Origin: Thermoproteota archaeon
Lineage (GTDB): Archaea; Korarchaeota; Korarchaeia; Korarchaeales; Korarchaeaceae
NCBI GenBank assembly: GCA_027491735.1
Contig: JAOZGP010000023.1
Location: 32,001-96,000 of the forward strand
Reading direction: 5' to 3'
DNA: 64,000 nt
The translations under genes and the position numbers were made by a program. Position 1 is the first letter of the stretch. Every line of letters starts with the position of its first letter. Below are positions 1 to 9,837 of this stretch, in pieces. A model generated the notes under the pieces. It was not told the origin of the DNA. It ran no database searches and was given only the letters and a program-made list of their open reading frames with translations.

Positions 1-635
1 AGGGCCTTACCTATTATCACGCCGGAGAAACCGAGATCTCTGAGCCGAACGACATCCTCCAGGGATGAAACACCTCCGGCGTAGAGGACCTCTCCCTCAC
101 ATGGAGGCCTCAGGACCTCGACCCCAGACAGGGTCCCATCCCTCTCCACACAAGTGTAAACAAACCTGTTCACGTACCTGCTCAGCACCCTGCAGGCCTC
201 CTCGACCCCCAGATCGAGGCTCTCGGTCCATCCCCTTATCGAGATCCTACCTTCCCTCGAGTCAAGACTCACGGCTATCCCTCGAAACATCTCGGCGACC
301 CTCGACAGGAACTTGAGGTCAAAGGCTCTGGTCCCGATGACTACATTCTCCACTCCAATCTCATAGGCCCTGGTGATGCTCTCTAGATCCCTGAACCCTC
401 CTCCGACCTGAACTCTGACCCCCGCCTCCTTGATGATCCTCTTCACCTGGTCCAGATTCCTTGGCCTCCCAGCGAATGCACCCTCAAGGTCGATCACGTG
501 GACCTTGTCCACACATCTGGAGAACCTCCTGGCAAACTCCACCGGATCCCCGTAGACCTTGAGATCCTCTCTTCTCCCCTTCCTGAGCCTCACAGCTTTC
601 CCCTTCATTATGTCTATCGCCGGCAGGACCTCCAA
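1..635 (-). CDS. hisA: ProFAR isomerase HisA (3' end runs off the window)
   Basis: Not in the ORF track. Manual translation from TTG at 635 gives MEVLPAIDIMKGKAVRL...HVIDLEGAF...QVGGGFR...YAGGVSSLED...GVIIGKAL; lies directly downstream of hisH. Confidence 0.92.
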   Translation of the reverse strand, partial: MEVLPAIDIMKGKAVRLRKGRREDLKVYGDPVEFARRFSRCVDKVHVIDLEGAFAGRPRNLDQVKRIIKEAGVRVQVGGGFRDLESITRAYEIGVENVVIGTRAFDLKFLSRVAEMFRGIAVSLDSREGRISIRGWTESLDLGVEEACRVLSRYVNRFVYTCVERDGTLSGVEVLRPPCEGEVLYAGGVSSLEDVVRLRDLGFSGVIIGKA

Positions 636-637
636 AA

Positions 638-1213
638 TTACAACCTCCTGAAGTTCTCCATAATCCTCAACCCGTTCCTGCTGGACTTCTCCGGATGGAA
701 CTGCACTGCAAACACGTTGTCCTTCCAAATGACCGAGGGAAAGAGGTAGCCCTCGTAGTCGGTCAACCCTACCACCACCTCATGGTCCTTGGGGTCTGCG
801 TGATAGGAGTGGACGAAGTAGAAGTAGGATCCAGTCCTCACACCATTGAACAACGGACAGTTCCTGACGAGATGGACCTGGTTCCATCCTATGTGAGGCA
901 CTCCACCCCTCCTCATCCTGATAACTCCTCCCCTCAGAACCCTCAGTCCCTCTCCCTCGCTCTCCTCACTCCACTCGAAGAGAAGCTGCATTCCCAGGCA
1001 TATACCAAGAAACGGTTTTCCAGACTCTATGGAATCCAATATGACATATCTAAGTGGTTCTAGTTTCCTCATGACCGCTCCGAAGTTGCCAACTCCTGGA
1101 AGCACTATCTTGTCTGCTTTTCTGAGTTCGGAAGGATCACTCGTCACAACCCCTCCCAAAGCCTTCCTCACGTTCGCCAAGTTTCCTATCCCCAAATCAA
1201 CTACAGCTATCAC
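638..1213 (-). CDS. hisH: Imidazole glycerol phosphate synthase glutaminase subunit HisH
   Basis: LPGVGNF, GICLGMQ and QFHPEKS class I glutamine amidotransferase motifs; his operon context. Confidence 0.95.
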   Translation of the reverse strand: MIAVVDLGIGNLANVRKALGGVVTSDPSELRKADKIVLPGVGNFGAVMRKLEPLRYVILDSIESGKPFLGICLGMQLLFEWSEESEGEGLRVLRGGVIRMRRGGVPHIGWNQVHLVRNCPLFNGVRTGSYFYFVHSYHADPKDHEVVVGLTDYEGYLFPSVIWKDNVFAVQFHPEKSSRNGLRIMENFRRL

Positions 1214-1746
1214 CTTAGAACACCCTTTATGCTCTCCAACCTCCCTCCCTCAGTTAAAGCTTGTTTTAGAGCGATGCCCAGCCCCTTAAACGAGGCCTCG
1301 ATCAGGTGATGAGCATTCCTCCCGGAGAGCTGCTTCACATGTATCGTAGCTCCCAGGGTTCTGGCCAGAGCCCAGATGAACTCCCTGACCAAAGTCACAA
1401 GAAAACCGTTCTCTTCCTCCTCAGGTTCAAGCTCCAAGCTGAGGTAGGGCCTGGAGATGTCCACGGAGACCAGGACTAGAGCGTCGTCCATGGGCATCAC
1501 AGCATTTCCGAACCTGTGCATCCTCTCATCCACTTCCTCCCTGAGAGCCTCTCCCACGGCGATGCCCAGATCCTCCCAGAGGTGATGTCTCAGATCACCT
1601 GAGGCCTCCACAGAGACCTCTCTTCCCATGTAGAAGAAGAGGGTCTTCATCAGGTGATCGAGCACGGGGTCCCCTGTCCTCACCTCCCCCTCACCAGGAG
1701 ACACCCGGATGTCGACCTCCTTGGTCTTCCTCCTGACCTCCCTCAC
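1210..1746 (-). CDS. hisB: Imidazoleglycerol-phosphate dehydratase HisB
   Basis: [17 protein letters not shown] and [11 protein letters not shown] metal-binding motifs. Confidence 0.93.
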   Translation of the reverse strand: MREVRRKTKEVDIRVSPGEGEVRTGDPVLDHLMKTLFFYMGREVSVEASGDLRHHLWEDLGIAVGEALREEVDERMHRFGNAVMPMDDALVLVSVDISRPYLSLELEPEEEENGFLVTLVREFIWALARTLGATIHVKQLSGRNAHHLIEASFKGLGIALKQALTEGGRLESIKGVLR

Positions 1747-2879
1747 TTTCTCACCTCCAAAGCGTGCTTGTGGGCTTTCATCCCCTCAAGCTCAGCCATT
1801 CTGATTCCGAGCTTCCTCTCCATCAGAAACTCATCCCTATCAACCATGGCCACGCTTATCCACTTGACGAAGTCCATCACGGTCAGCACCGAGGAGAACC
1901 TAGCGGCCTTTCCTGTGGGAAGAACGTGGTTAACCCCCAGGAAGTAATCTCCAGCCGATACGGGTGTGTAGGTCCCAAGATAAACTGCTCCAGCGTTTTT
2001 CACTCTCTCCAAGATCTTAAGAGGATTTTTCGCTATGATCTCCAAGTGCTCTGGAGCTATCTCGTTCACTCTCCAAACGCACTCATCCAGGCTATCACAG
2101 AGAACTACCTCGACGCCCTCTCTCCTACAGGCGTTCGCTAAGTCCTCCGATGTTGTGAGGAGCCATGCTCTGGCATCCTCTCCATGCTCCAGTTGGGATA
2201 GCAGATCTGCGAGAACATGGCTCGCGTCAGCACTCTCATCGGCGATGATCGCCACCTCAGTGGGACCAGCTAACCTATCTATCCCAACGACCCCGAAGAC
2301 CTGCCTTTTGGCCTCATTCACGAACCTGTTTCCCGGACCGAATATCTTGTCCACTCCTCTCATGCCCACCCCGTAGGCCATCGCAGCTATGGCGTGAACC
2401 CCTCCCAGCTTGTAGACCTCCCTTACTCCAAGGAGCTTGGCCACGTACAGCATGTGAGGGAGAACCTTCCCCCCGATCGGAGGGGTGCACACAACTATCT
2501 CCTCAACTCCAGCTATTCTGGCTGGTACCCCTATCATTATAAGTGTGGAGATGAGCCTACTTGGTACGTAGATTCCTATCCGCCCTATAGGCCTCGCTAT
2601 GAGACCGTAGAGCGATCCTCTTGAGATCTTGATCAGATTGTTCGGGGTCTGGTGCTCGTGATATCTCCAAACCCTGCTCACGACCCTCCTCAGGACCTCC
2701 TTGTCCTCCTCAGGTATGGACTCCGCTTCATCAAACTCCTCCTCACCGACCAGAAAATCGCCCTCGTAGGCGTCAAACCTTCTGGAGTAGTCCCGAAGGG
2801 CATCCTCTCCCCTACTGATCACGTCCGAGATTATGTTCCTGACGTAATCCTCGAGCTCACCTCTCCCACTCATCAACAA
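1743..2879 (-). CDS. hisD: Histidinol dehydrogenase HisD (short, about 378 aa)
   Basis: [32 protein letters not shown] and GVNHVLPT motifs. Confidence 0.93.
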   Translation of the reverse strand: MLMSGRGELEDYVRNIISDVISRGEDALRDYSRRFDAYEGDFLVGEEEFDEAESIPEEDKEVLRRVVSRVWRYHEHQTPNNLIKISRGSLYGLIARPIGRIGIYVPSRLISTLIMIGVPARIAGVEEIVVCTPPIGGKVLPHMLYVAKLLGVREVYKLGGVHAIAAMAYGVGMRGVDKIFGPGNRFVNEAKRQVFGVVGIDRLAGPTEVAIIADESADASHVLADLLSQLEHGEDARAWLLTTSEDLANACRREGVEVVLCDSLDECVWRVNEIAPEHLEIIAKNPLKILERVKNAGAVYLGTYTPVSAGDYFLGVNHVLPTGKAARFSSVLTVMDFVKWISVAMVDRDEFLMERKLGIRMAELEGMKAHKHALEVRK

Positions 2880-3489
2880 CCCTCCTTAAGCTTGCGATCA
2901 AGTTGTTCAGGACCTCGAACTTAGTCTTCTGGGATATCCTGTTCACCAGAAGGAGAACGGAGACATCCATCACCTTCTCGACCTCCACCAGATCGTTCAC
3001 CCTAAGGGTCCTTCCCGTCTCGACTATATCAACTATGGCATCAGCTATCCCGACCTTCGGTGCGAGCTCTACTGACCCGTGAAGCTTCATCACTTCCACA
3101 GGGATGTCCCTCTCCTCGAAGAACTTGGAGGTTACGTTGGGGTACTTGGTGGCGATCTTGAATCCCTCCATCTCCTCCACGCCAACAGCTCTCTCCCTGG
3201 GCATTGCCACGCTTAACTTACACCTGCCGAACGGGAGCTCCAGCGGGACAAGCACGTCGCAGGACCTCTCCTCGAAAACATCACTTCCGCAGATGCCCAC
3301 ATCTATCCCATGCTCCACGTAGACAGGAATGTCGAATGCCCTAGCGAGTAGAAGCTCATACTTCTTCCTTCTTGTGATGAGCTCCCTGCCCTTTGGGATA
3401 CTAAGCTCAATTCCAGCTCTTTTGAGGATCTTCAATGAGTCCTTCAGAAGCCTTCTCTTCGGTAGGACGAACCTCAACCTCTCCATCAC
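2857..3489 (-). CDS. hisG: ATP phosphoribosyltransferase, short form HisG
   Basis: [16 protein letters not shown] and [13 protein letters not shown] motifs; 210 aa, lacking the C-terminal regulatory domain. Confidence 0.94.
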   Translation of the reverse strand: MMERLRFVLPKRRLLKDSLKILKRAGIELSIPKGRELITRRKKYELLLARAFDIPVYVEHGIDVGICGSDVFEERSCDVLVPLELPFGRCKLSVAMPRERAVGVEEMEGFKIATKYPNVTSKFFEERDIPVEVMKLHGSVELAPKVGIADAIVDIVETGRTLRVNDLVEVEKVMDVSVLLLVNRISQKTKFEVLNNLIASLRRVVDEWER

Positions 3490-4289
3490 ACTTCACCGGA
3501 CCTGAGCCTGAGCACTCTGTCCAGGTAAAGGGCGAACCCTGCGGCCCTGAGCCCCCTTGCCCTATAGTCTCCTCCCCCTCCTATGGGATATCCGAGCTTC
3601 GGCGAGTAGATGTCGAACACCACGTTGTCGTAGTAGGGCAGGGGCCTCATGGTCCCCAGGTCTATGAAGACCCTCTCGTCTTCCACCCTCTCCACTATCT
3701 CGTCCAGAAGCCTGAACCCACTTCTCCTCCCTCTAAAGTTGAACAGCCTCCAGAGCTCCCTCTTCTTCTCCTGATCTATCGGCAGGGATTCTATCCTCTG
3801 GAAGTTTCTCCTTCGGAGGGCCTCGAATATCCTCTCCCTGAACTCCTTGACGTCCTCAGTGGCTCTCCTCCAAACCTCTAGGCTTCCGACATCTACATAG
3901 AAGTCCTCCACTCCCACGGCAATCAGACAGCTCACGGCCACCTTGATCACCTCCACGTACATGTCCGAAGGTTCTCCTCCTATGAGCTCGGCTCCAGCCT
4001 GCCAGCTGCCTTTGATCCCTCCGTTCAGGACCTCGGAGATGTAGTATACCTTCATTCTCCTCGGCCTCCTCATGCGGAAGACTATCTGTGAGGTTATGTC
4101 GGGCTTTATCAGGTAGAACTGATTGTTATAGGAGAACTTCGTCCCTCTCCTAAGGGATCCATCGTACTCCTCTATGCAGGGAAGAAATATCTCCCTGTAG
4201 CCCCAGGACTCGAAGCTCCTCCTAAGCTTCCCAGCCACGTAAGCGAGCCTCTCCGACTCGGTTAGGAGGTCCCTCCTCATCGCGATCAC
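3486..4289 (-). CDS. hisZ: ATP phosphoribosyltransferase regulatory subunit HisZ
   Basis: HisRS-like motifs ([36 protein letters not shown]); adjacent to short hisG. Confidence 0.88.
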   Translation of the reverse strand: MIAMRRDLLTESERLAYVAGKLRRSFESWGYREIFLPCIEEYDGSLRRGTKFSYNNQFYLIKPDITSQIVFRMRRPRRMKVYYISEVLNGGIKGSWQAGAELIGGEPSDMYVEVIKVAVSCLIAVGVEDFYVDVGSLEVWRRATEDVKEFRERIFEALRRRNFQRIESLPIDQEKKRELWRLFNFRGRRSGFRLLDEIVERVEDERVFIDLGTMRPLPYYDNVVFDIYSPKLGYPIGGGGDYRARGLRAAGFALYLDRVLRLRSGEV

Positions 4290-4840
4290 TTGTCAGGGTT
4301 TTCTCCATATGGTCGAGAAACGCTTATCTTCTTTTCGCTGTTCTCATCGGAGGATCGACGAGACGATCTCACCTCAGGGATCCCTCAGCTCTGAAGGTCC
4401 TCACGAGATGGCTCCACAGCAGTCGCTCACTGGTCTACCTGGTGACGGTCGCCTGAGGATCTCATCTCGACCAATCTCAGGCCGGATCGACCTAGATCTC
4501 CCTAAGGTGGGTGGACGAGCTGGCAGGTCCTCCTCACAGTGATGGGATAACTCCGTCCTTCACAGATTCCCGATAGGGCAGCGCTGACGAGCGTCTGCCG
4601 ATATTTTAAACCTGGTCCCGCTGATCCAGGAGCTTCCTCAAGCAACCGAAGCTCCTGAGTCCAGATCGCTCGGTGATCTGGAGTGAACCCACCGCTCCGA
4701 GCTGTCCCTTCAGCGGACGCGTACAACGCGTCTTCAGGAGATCGCCGTGATGGAGTCGAGGATGAAGCTCCCTCAACGAGGCCGGCGTGAGGTCTTCGAA
4801 ACATCTTTCTTGGGGTGTGAGGCAGCTGACCGCATGAAGC

Positions 4841-5602
4841 TCATGAAACCTCTCCACGCAGGAACCTCTCTGTGAGCTTGTTCCTAGGGTTCACGAACAC
4901 CTGATCCGCCGGCCCGACCTCCACGAGCTGCCCCATGTAGATGAAGGCTATGTAGTCGGACACCCTCGAGGCCTGCGGTGGGGAGTGGGTCACCATCATT
5001 ATCGTTACCCCTCCCTCCCTCCTGAAGGAGATGAGCACATCCTCTATCTTCCTGGCGTTGATGGGATCGACGTTGGCTGTGGGCTCGTCCAAGAGCAGGA
5101 GCTCGGGTCTCATGGCTAGGGCCCTGGCTATGCAAAGCCTCTGCTGCTGACCTCCGCTGAGCCCGAGCGGAGGGACATCAAGCTTGTCCTTGACCTCCTC
5201 CCAAAGCATCGCCTTCTCCAAAGCCCATCTCACCAGATTATCGAGCTCCTTTTTGCTTTTCACTAAACCGTTTAGCTTTGGACCCAGAGCAACGTTCTCG
5301 TATATGGAGAGGTGAGGGAAGGGGTTGGGCGTCTGGAAGACCATTCCTATCCTGGTCCTGAGCCTGTAGGGATCCGCCTTGAAGACGTCCCTTCCCAGGA
5401 CCACGACCCTGCCGGAGACCTCCGCTTCGGGTATGAGGTCTATGAGCCTGTTTATCACACGTAGAAGCGTGCTCTTGCCGGACCCACTAGGTCCCATCAC
5501 GGTGAAGATCGTGTTCTCCGGGACCTTGAAGGTGAGGTCCCTCAAGACCTCGAAGCCCCCTATCCTGACCCTGAGGTTCTCCACCTCAACTGCGTAGCTC
5601 AC
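4841..5602 (-). CDS. pstB: Phosphate ABC transporter ATPase PstB
   Basis: GPSGSGKST, MVFQTPNPFP, LSGGQQQRLCIARAL and LLDEPT motifs. Confidence 0.93.
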   Translation of the reverse strand: MSYAVEVENLRVRIGGFEVLRDLTFKVPENTIFTVMGPSGSGKSTLLRVINRLIDLIPEAEVSGRVVVLGRDVFKADPYRLRTRIGMVFQTPNPFPHLSIYENVALGPKLNGLVKSKKELDNLVRWALEKAMLWEEVKDKLDVPPLGLSGGQQQRLCIARALAMRPELLLLDEPTANVDPINARKIEDVLISFRREGGVTIMMVTHSPPQASRVSDYIAFIYMGQLVEVGPADQVFVNPRNKLTERFLRGEVS

Positions 5603-6480
5603 ATCCTCACCTCCCTCACCGTTCTCCTGAGGACGACGAAGATCACCAGGTATATGGCTATCAGGACCAGGGCAGCTCCCCAGGCGACCTCCCTGTACAC
5701 CCGGTAGGGGGTGAGGGCGAACTCGTATATCAGCAGGGGGATCGCTCCCACAGGATGATCTGGCCCGTTGAAGTAGGCGTGCCTCAGCCCACCTATTGTG
5801 AACAGGAGAGGAGCTGTCTCACCTGCTGCCTTGGCGAGTCCTATGAGCACGCCCGTCAGGATCCCCCTCCTTGCTATCCGCGTGAACACGCTGAAGACCG
5901 CCCTCGGCCTCGTCAGCCCCAGGCTGTAGGCCGCCTCCCTGTAGGTCCGGGGTATCGACGCCAGGGACTCCTCCATGTAGGTGTAGGAGTAGGGCACCAT
6001 CACAATCGCCAGAGCTACAGCTCCAGCCAGTGCGGAGAACCTGCCCATGGGGATCACCACGAGGGTGTATGAGAGAACCCCTATGAGCACGGTTGGTATC
6101 TCCGTGAACGACCTGCAGACGAGCTTCGTCACCCTGGCAACCAGAGTGTTCGGATATTCCACAGTGAAGACAGCAGCCATGAAGGAGAGAGGGAGCCCTA
6201 AGATCACAGTTAGGAACACGAGAACGGCTGACCCCACCAAGGCCGGACCGATGCCCCCCAGATTGCTCGAGAGAGGCGAAGGGGGTGTGTCCACGAGGAA
6301 GCTCAGCCCTCCCCTGAGGAGGGTCCACCCCCCGTAGTAGAGGATCGAAGCCACTATGTGAAATAGGGGGAGAAAGGCCGCCATTGAGAGGACCACGAGG
6401 ATCACCAGGAAGAGCTTGTCCTTGATCCTCCTGACGAGGGATAGCCTCTCCGCTTCTCTCCTTGAGCTTACATCTCTCAA
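5599..6480 (-). CDS. pstA: Phosphate ABC transporter permease PstA
   Basis: GGIGPALVGS, EAA loop and AAGETAPLLFT motifs. Confidence 0.92.
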   Translation of the reverse strand: MRDVSSRREAERLSLVRRIKDKLFLVILVVLSMAAFLPLFHIVASILYYGGWTLLRGGLSFLVDTPPSPLSSNLGGIGPALVGSAVLVFLTVILGLPLSFMAAVFTVEYPNTLVARVTKLVCRSFTEIPTVLIGVLSYTLVVIPMGRFSALAGAVALAIVMVPYSYTYMEESLASIPRTYREAAYSLGLTRPRAVFSVFTRIARRGILTGVLIGLAKAAGETAPLLFTIGGLRHAYFNGPDHPVGAIPLLIYEFALTPYRVYREVAWGAALVLIAIYLVIFVVLRRTVREVRM

Positions 6481-6484
6481 GAAA

Positions 6485-7420
6485 TCACCTCCTATAGGTT
6501 CTCCTCCACTTCACCAACATGTACACGCCGGCTGAGTTCAGCAGAAGTCCTGTGGCCAGGAGGAAGAGGCCCGCCGCATAGAGGGCGCTCGTCATGTAGT
6601 GGTAAAATCCGGCATTGGCGAACTGGTTAGCTATCAGAGAGGATATAGTGTAGCTGGGCTCAAACATGCAGAGGGGGAGTCCGAAGCTGTTGCCTATCGT
6701 CATGGAGACAGCTATGGTCTCACCAGCAGCCCTTCCAAAACCCAGGAGAGTGGCGGCCATCACCGCTGGCTTGGTCATGGAGACCAGCATCCTTGAGGCC
6801 TCGTACCTGGTGGCCCCGAGGCTGTAGACCGCCTCCCTGTAGGTCCGGGGTATCGACGCCAGGGACTCCCTTATCATGCTGGTCATGAAGGGGAGTATCA
6901 TCACGGACAGGACAGTGCCGGCGGTGAACACGGTGAAGCCCGTTATGGGCCTGCACCCGAACACCGGCACGAAGCCCAGGTACAGACTCAGAGGGGTCAT
7001 GATGTAGGTCTTCAGAATGGGAGCCAAAACGAAGGCCCCCCAAAGGCCGTATAGAACCGTGGGGAGACCTGCCATGAGGTCCACCAGACCCGTGACGTGA
7101 TCCCTCAGCTGGGGAGGTGTGTAATCGTTTATGAAGATGGCCAGTGCTATGGATGTCGGCAGGGCGAGGATCAGAGCTATGAGAGAGGAGTAGAGGGTTC
7201 CGACGAGAGGGGATAGTATGCCGTAGAACTCCTGGTCTGGGCTGACCTCTGATGGTCTCCAAGCGCTCGATGTGAGGAACTTCAATCCCTCCCTGAGAAG
7301 CACGGGCACCGAGTTCTGGATCAACACCTCGAACAGAAGCACGAACACGATGAACACCACGCCGGCAAACGGCAGGAGCATGTAGAAGAACATTCTATCC
7401 TCTCTGGATGGAAACCTCAT
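6485..7420 (-). CDS. pstC: Phosphate ABC transporter permease PstC
   Basis: AGLPTVLYGLWG, GRAAGETIAV and TISSLIANQF motifs. Confidence 0.92.
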   Translation of the reverse strand: MRFPSREDRMFFYMLLPFAGVVFIVFVLLFEVLIQNSVPVLLREGLKFLTSSAWRPSEVSPDQEFYGILSPLVGTLYSSLIALILALPTSIALAIFINDYTPPQLRDHVTGLVDLMAGLPTVLYGLWGAFVLAPILKTYIMTPLSLYLGFVPVFGCRPITGFTVFTAGTVLSVMILPFMTSMIRESLASIPRTYREAVYSLGATRYEASRMLVSMTKPAVMAATLLGFGRAAGETIAVSMTIGNSFGLPLCMFEPSYTISSLIANQFANAGFYHYMTSALYAAGLFLLATGLLLNSAGVYMLVKWRRTYRR

Positions 7421-7424
7421 CGAA

Positions 7425-8507
7425 TCACCCTGACCTCACGAGATCCAGCGCTCTAAGATCGATGTTCCTTATCTCCTCGGGGACGGGCACGTACCCCTCC
7501 ACCACGTAGCCCGATCCCCTCTCGCAGATCCACCTTATGAACTCCCGCACAACCCAGGTCTTCTCCTTGGAATAGGTCGTCCTGATGAACACGTGGGAGA
7601 AGGCAGTTATGGAGTAAGAACCGTTGCCGGGCGCGTACACTATCGCTTGGAGCTCCGAGCTGAAGTCCTCAGATGGATCCTCGGGTAGGTCGGGCAGAGC
7701 ATTTTTAGCCGCCTCCTGTATAGCCTCAACGGATGGAAGCACGAAGTTCCCGTCCCTGTTCTTTATGGCAGCCACTGGGAGGGCTTCCCTATAGGCGTAC
7801 TCCAGCTCCACGTATCCTACGGAGTACTCCGTGCTCTTCAGGGCAGCGACCACTCCTGGGTTGCCCTTTCCTCCCACGCCCCTCCCCTTCCCGTCGACAG
7901 GCCAGTTCACCGTCTTGCCAACAAGATCTGATGGCCACAGATCCGGTGCCGCCTCGTGCAGGAAGGTGGTGAATATCTGCGTTGTTCCGCTGGCGTCGGA
8001 CCTGTGGACCGCCGTTATCCTCCTGTGGGGGAGGTCCAACCCCGGGTTGAGCTCCCTCATCATCGGGTCGTCCCAGTACTCTATCCTCCCCAGGTAGATC
8101 AGGGCCAAAACGCGTCCGTCCAGCTTGAGGCATCTGTCCTTCAGCTCCGGAACGTTGTACACAACCGCCACCGCCCCGAGGATTATGGGGAGCTGGAGGA
8201 CCTTTCCCCTGTACCTCTCCCAGGTCTGCCTGCTCAGCGGTGGATCGCTTCCGCAGAAGTCCGTCAGCCTCTTGAAGAACTGCTCCTGCCCAGCTCCGCT
8301 GCCAACTCCCTGGTACTCGATGGACACGTTCTTGAAGTCCTTGAGGAACCCCTGGATCCACGCCTCAAGCTGGGGTTGAAGAAAGGTGGATCCCGATCCC
8401 CTTATGATGACCTCAGCGGCTTTTTTTCCTTCGTTTCTGAAGGAGAAACTGAACAAGAACACCAAGATCGCCAAGGCAGCGATGACCATTGCGAGCAACT
8501 TTCTCAA
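7425..8507 (-). CDS. pstS: Phosphate ABC transporter substrate-binding protein PstS
   Basis: N-terminal membrane anchor; GSGSTF, YQGVGSGAG, HRSDASGTT and GKGNPGV motifs. Confidence 0.94.
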   Translation of the reverse strand: MRKLLAMVIAALAILVFLFSFSFRNEGKKAAEVIIRGSGSTFLQPQLEAWIQGFLKDFKNVSIEYQGVGSGAGQEQFFKRLTDFCGSDPPLSRQTWERYRGKVLQLPIILGAVAVVYNVPELKDRCLKLDGRVLALIYLGRIEYWDDPMMRELNPGLDLPHRRITAVHRSDASGTTQIFTTFLHEAAPDLWPSDLVGKTVNWPVDGKGRGVGGKGNPGVVAALKSTEYSVGYVELEYAYREALPVAAIKNRDGNFVLPSVEAIQEAAKNALPDLPEDPSEDFSSELQAIVYAPGNGSYSITAFSHVFIRTTYSKEKTWVVREFIRWICERGSGYVVEGYVPVPEEIRNIDLRALDLVRSG

Positions 8508-8539
8508 GGCTGTTCACCGAGGATCAGTGGGATTCCTCG

Positions 8540-8600
8540 ATTAATAATGATTATCTATCTAACACATATTCACTCATGACCTCTATATGCCTATATAGGT
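8540..8600 (-). promoter_or_regulatory. AT-rich pstS promoter region with CTATAT-N4-ATATAG palindrome
   Basis: Palindrome at 8583-8598 and a TATA-like ATTATTAA about 35 nt upstream of the pstS start. Confidence 0.45.
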
Positions 8601-8626
8601 ACGATCGCTGAAGCGGACGACCCAGG

Positions 8627-9067
8627 TCACCTCGGTGAGTGACCTCTCCGGTTCCTCAGGAGGAGGGAATCCACCCTCGCTAGGTACCTCGAGACCTTCA
8701 CGGACTCCTCGGACACCTCGACTATGTTCCCCCTCCGCACGACCATGTGTCTTCTCCTCGGAGGATTGCTCAACAGCCTGCAAACCTCCTCGACCATGTG
8801 ATGAAGCTGGACACAGTGGAGGGAACCGTCCACTGTGAGGACGGCGATCTCCTCGTAGTCACCCCTGACGATCACCCCGGCGAGCTTGAATCCAACCATG
8901 TTCATGTGCTCCTCCTCAAGACACGCGCTCACCTTGACGTGCTCGTCGAAGCCTCCGAGAACCTCTGGATAATCCATCTCAAGACATCTTCCAAAGACCA
9001 GGATCTTCCTGCTGCCCCTGAGGTATCTGGATCCGGCGTTCATGTCGATGAGCCTCGGGAACATCAC
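8627..9067 (-). CDS. Conserved Cys-containing protein resembling the C-terminal domain of 4Fe-4S ferredoxin-type proteins
   Basis: LVFGRC...SACLEE...LTVDGSLHCVQL spaced Cys pattern; 4-nt overlap with the upstream GNAT gene. Confidence 0.6.
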   Translation of the reverse strand: MMFPRLIDMNAGSRYLRGSRKILVFGRCLEMDYPEVLGGFDEHVKVSACLEEEHMNMVGFKLAGVIVRGDYEEIAVLTVDGSLHCVQLHHMVEEVCRLLSNPPRRRHMVVRRGNIVEVSEESVKVSRYLARVDSLLLRNRRGHSPR

Positions 9068-9837
9068 AGGTCCTCAGCTAGCCTGTATATAATTAACTTG
9101 ACCATCGGTCTGTTGGCCCTGTAGAAGCTGATGGCTCTTCTGTCTGAGGTAGTCCCTCTCAGGGATCTGAGAACTCTTATAACGCTTATAAATCTTCCTT
9201 CAAGCTTCCTCGCTATGTTCATTGACTCCTTGAGAATTCTGGTTCCGATCCTTCTTCTCCAGAGTTCCCTCACAACGTGAACTCCGTAGTCCAGGTTGAA
9301 GTTCCTCCTGTTGAGGTAGGCCAGGCCGACCGGTATCTCGTCCAGCAGGGCCAGCATCACCACGTGATCCCCGACCCTCGGTGGGATGAAGAAGCCCCAG
9401 CTTCTCCTCTGTATCTGCTGAAAGATCCTGAGCTCGGCCTGACCCCAGCTGTCGAGGGACCTGACCTCGACCTCATAGTTTGGCTCCAACGTCCTTCCCA
9501 CAGGATCCCAGAAGTAGAGGATCGAGCTCGATCTGACGCCAGGCGGGAGGGGAGGAGCCCTGTCCTCCGGAACGATCATCACCCTGTAGTCCGATCTGAC
9601 CTCCCTTAGGATTCCCATCGCCTCCATGAAGTCCTGAGAAATGCATAGGGCGGCGATCCTCCCCTCCCCCCTCAGGACCCACCTAATGAGGATCAGGGTC
9701 CTCCCCTCGGATGAGGAGAGGACCTTTACCTCCTTGAAAGGCCTCGCCCAGAAGATCTTGAGCTTCGCTAACTCTCTGTACCAGCTGAGGAACTCCTGGA
9801 GATCCATGGGGAGGAGGGGGAGGTGAGAGGAGGTCAT
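9064..9837 (-). CDS. GNAT-family N-acetyltransferase
   Basis: VHVVRELWRRRIGTRIL acetyl-CoA motif A and AISFYR in the C-terminal half. Confidence 0.75.
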   Translation of the reverse strand: MTSSHLPLLPMDLQEFLSWYRELAKLKIFWARPFKEVKVLSSSEGRTLILIRWVLRGEGRIAALCISQDFMEAMGILREVRSDYRVMIVPEDRAPPLPPGVRSSSILYFWDPVGRTLEPNYEVEVRSLDSWGQAELRIFQQIQRRSWGFFIPPRVGDHVVMLALLDEIPVGLAYLNRRNFNLDYGVHVVRELWRRRIGTRILKESMNIARKLEGRFISVIRVLRSLRGTTSDRRAISFYRANRPMVKLIIYRLAEDL

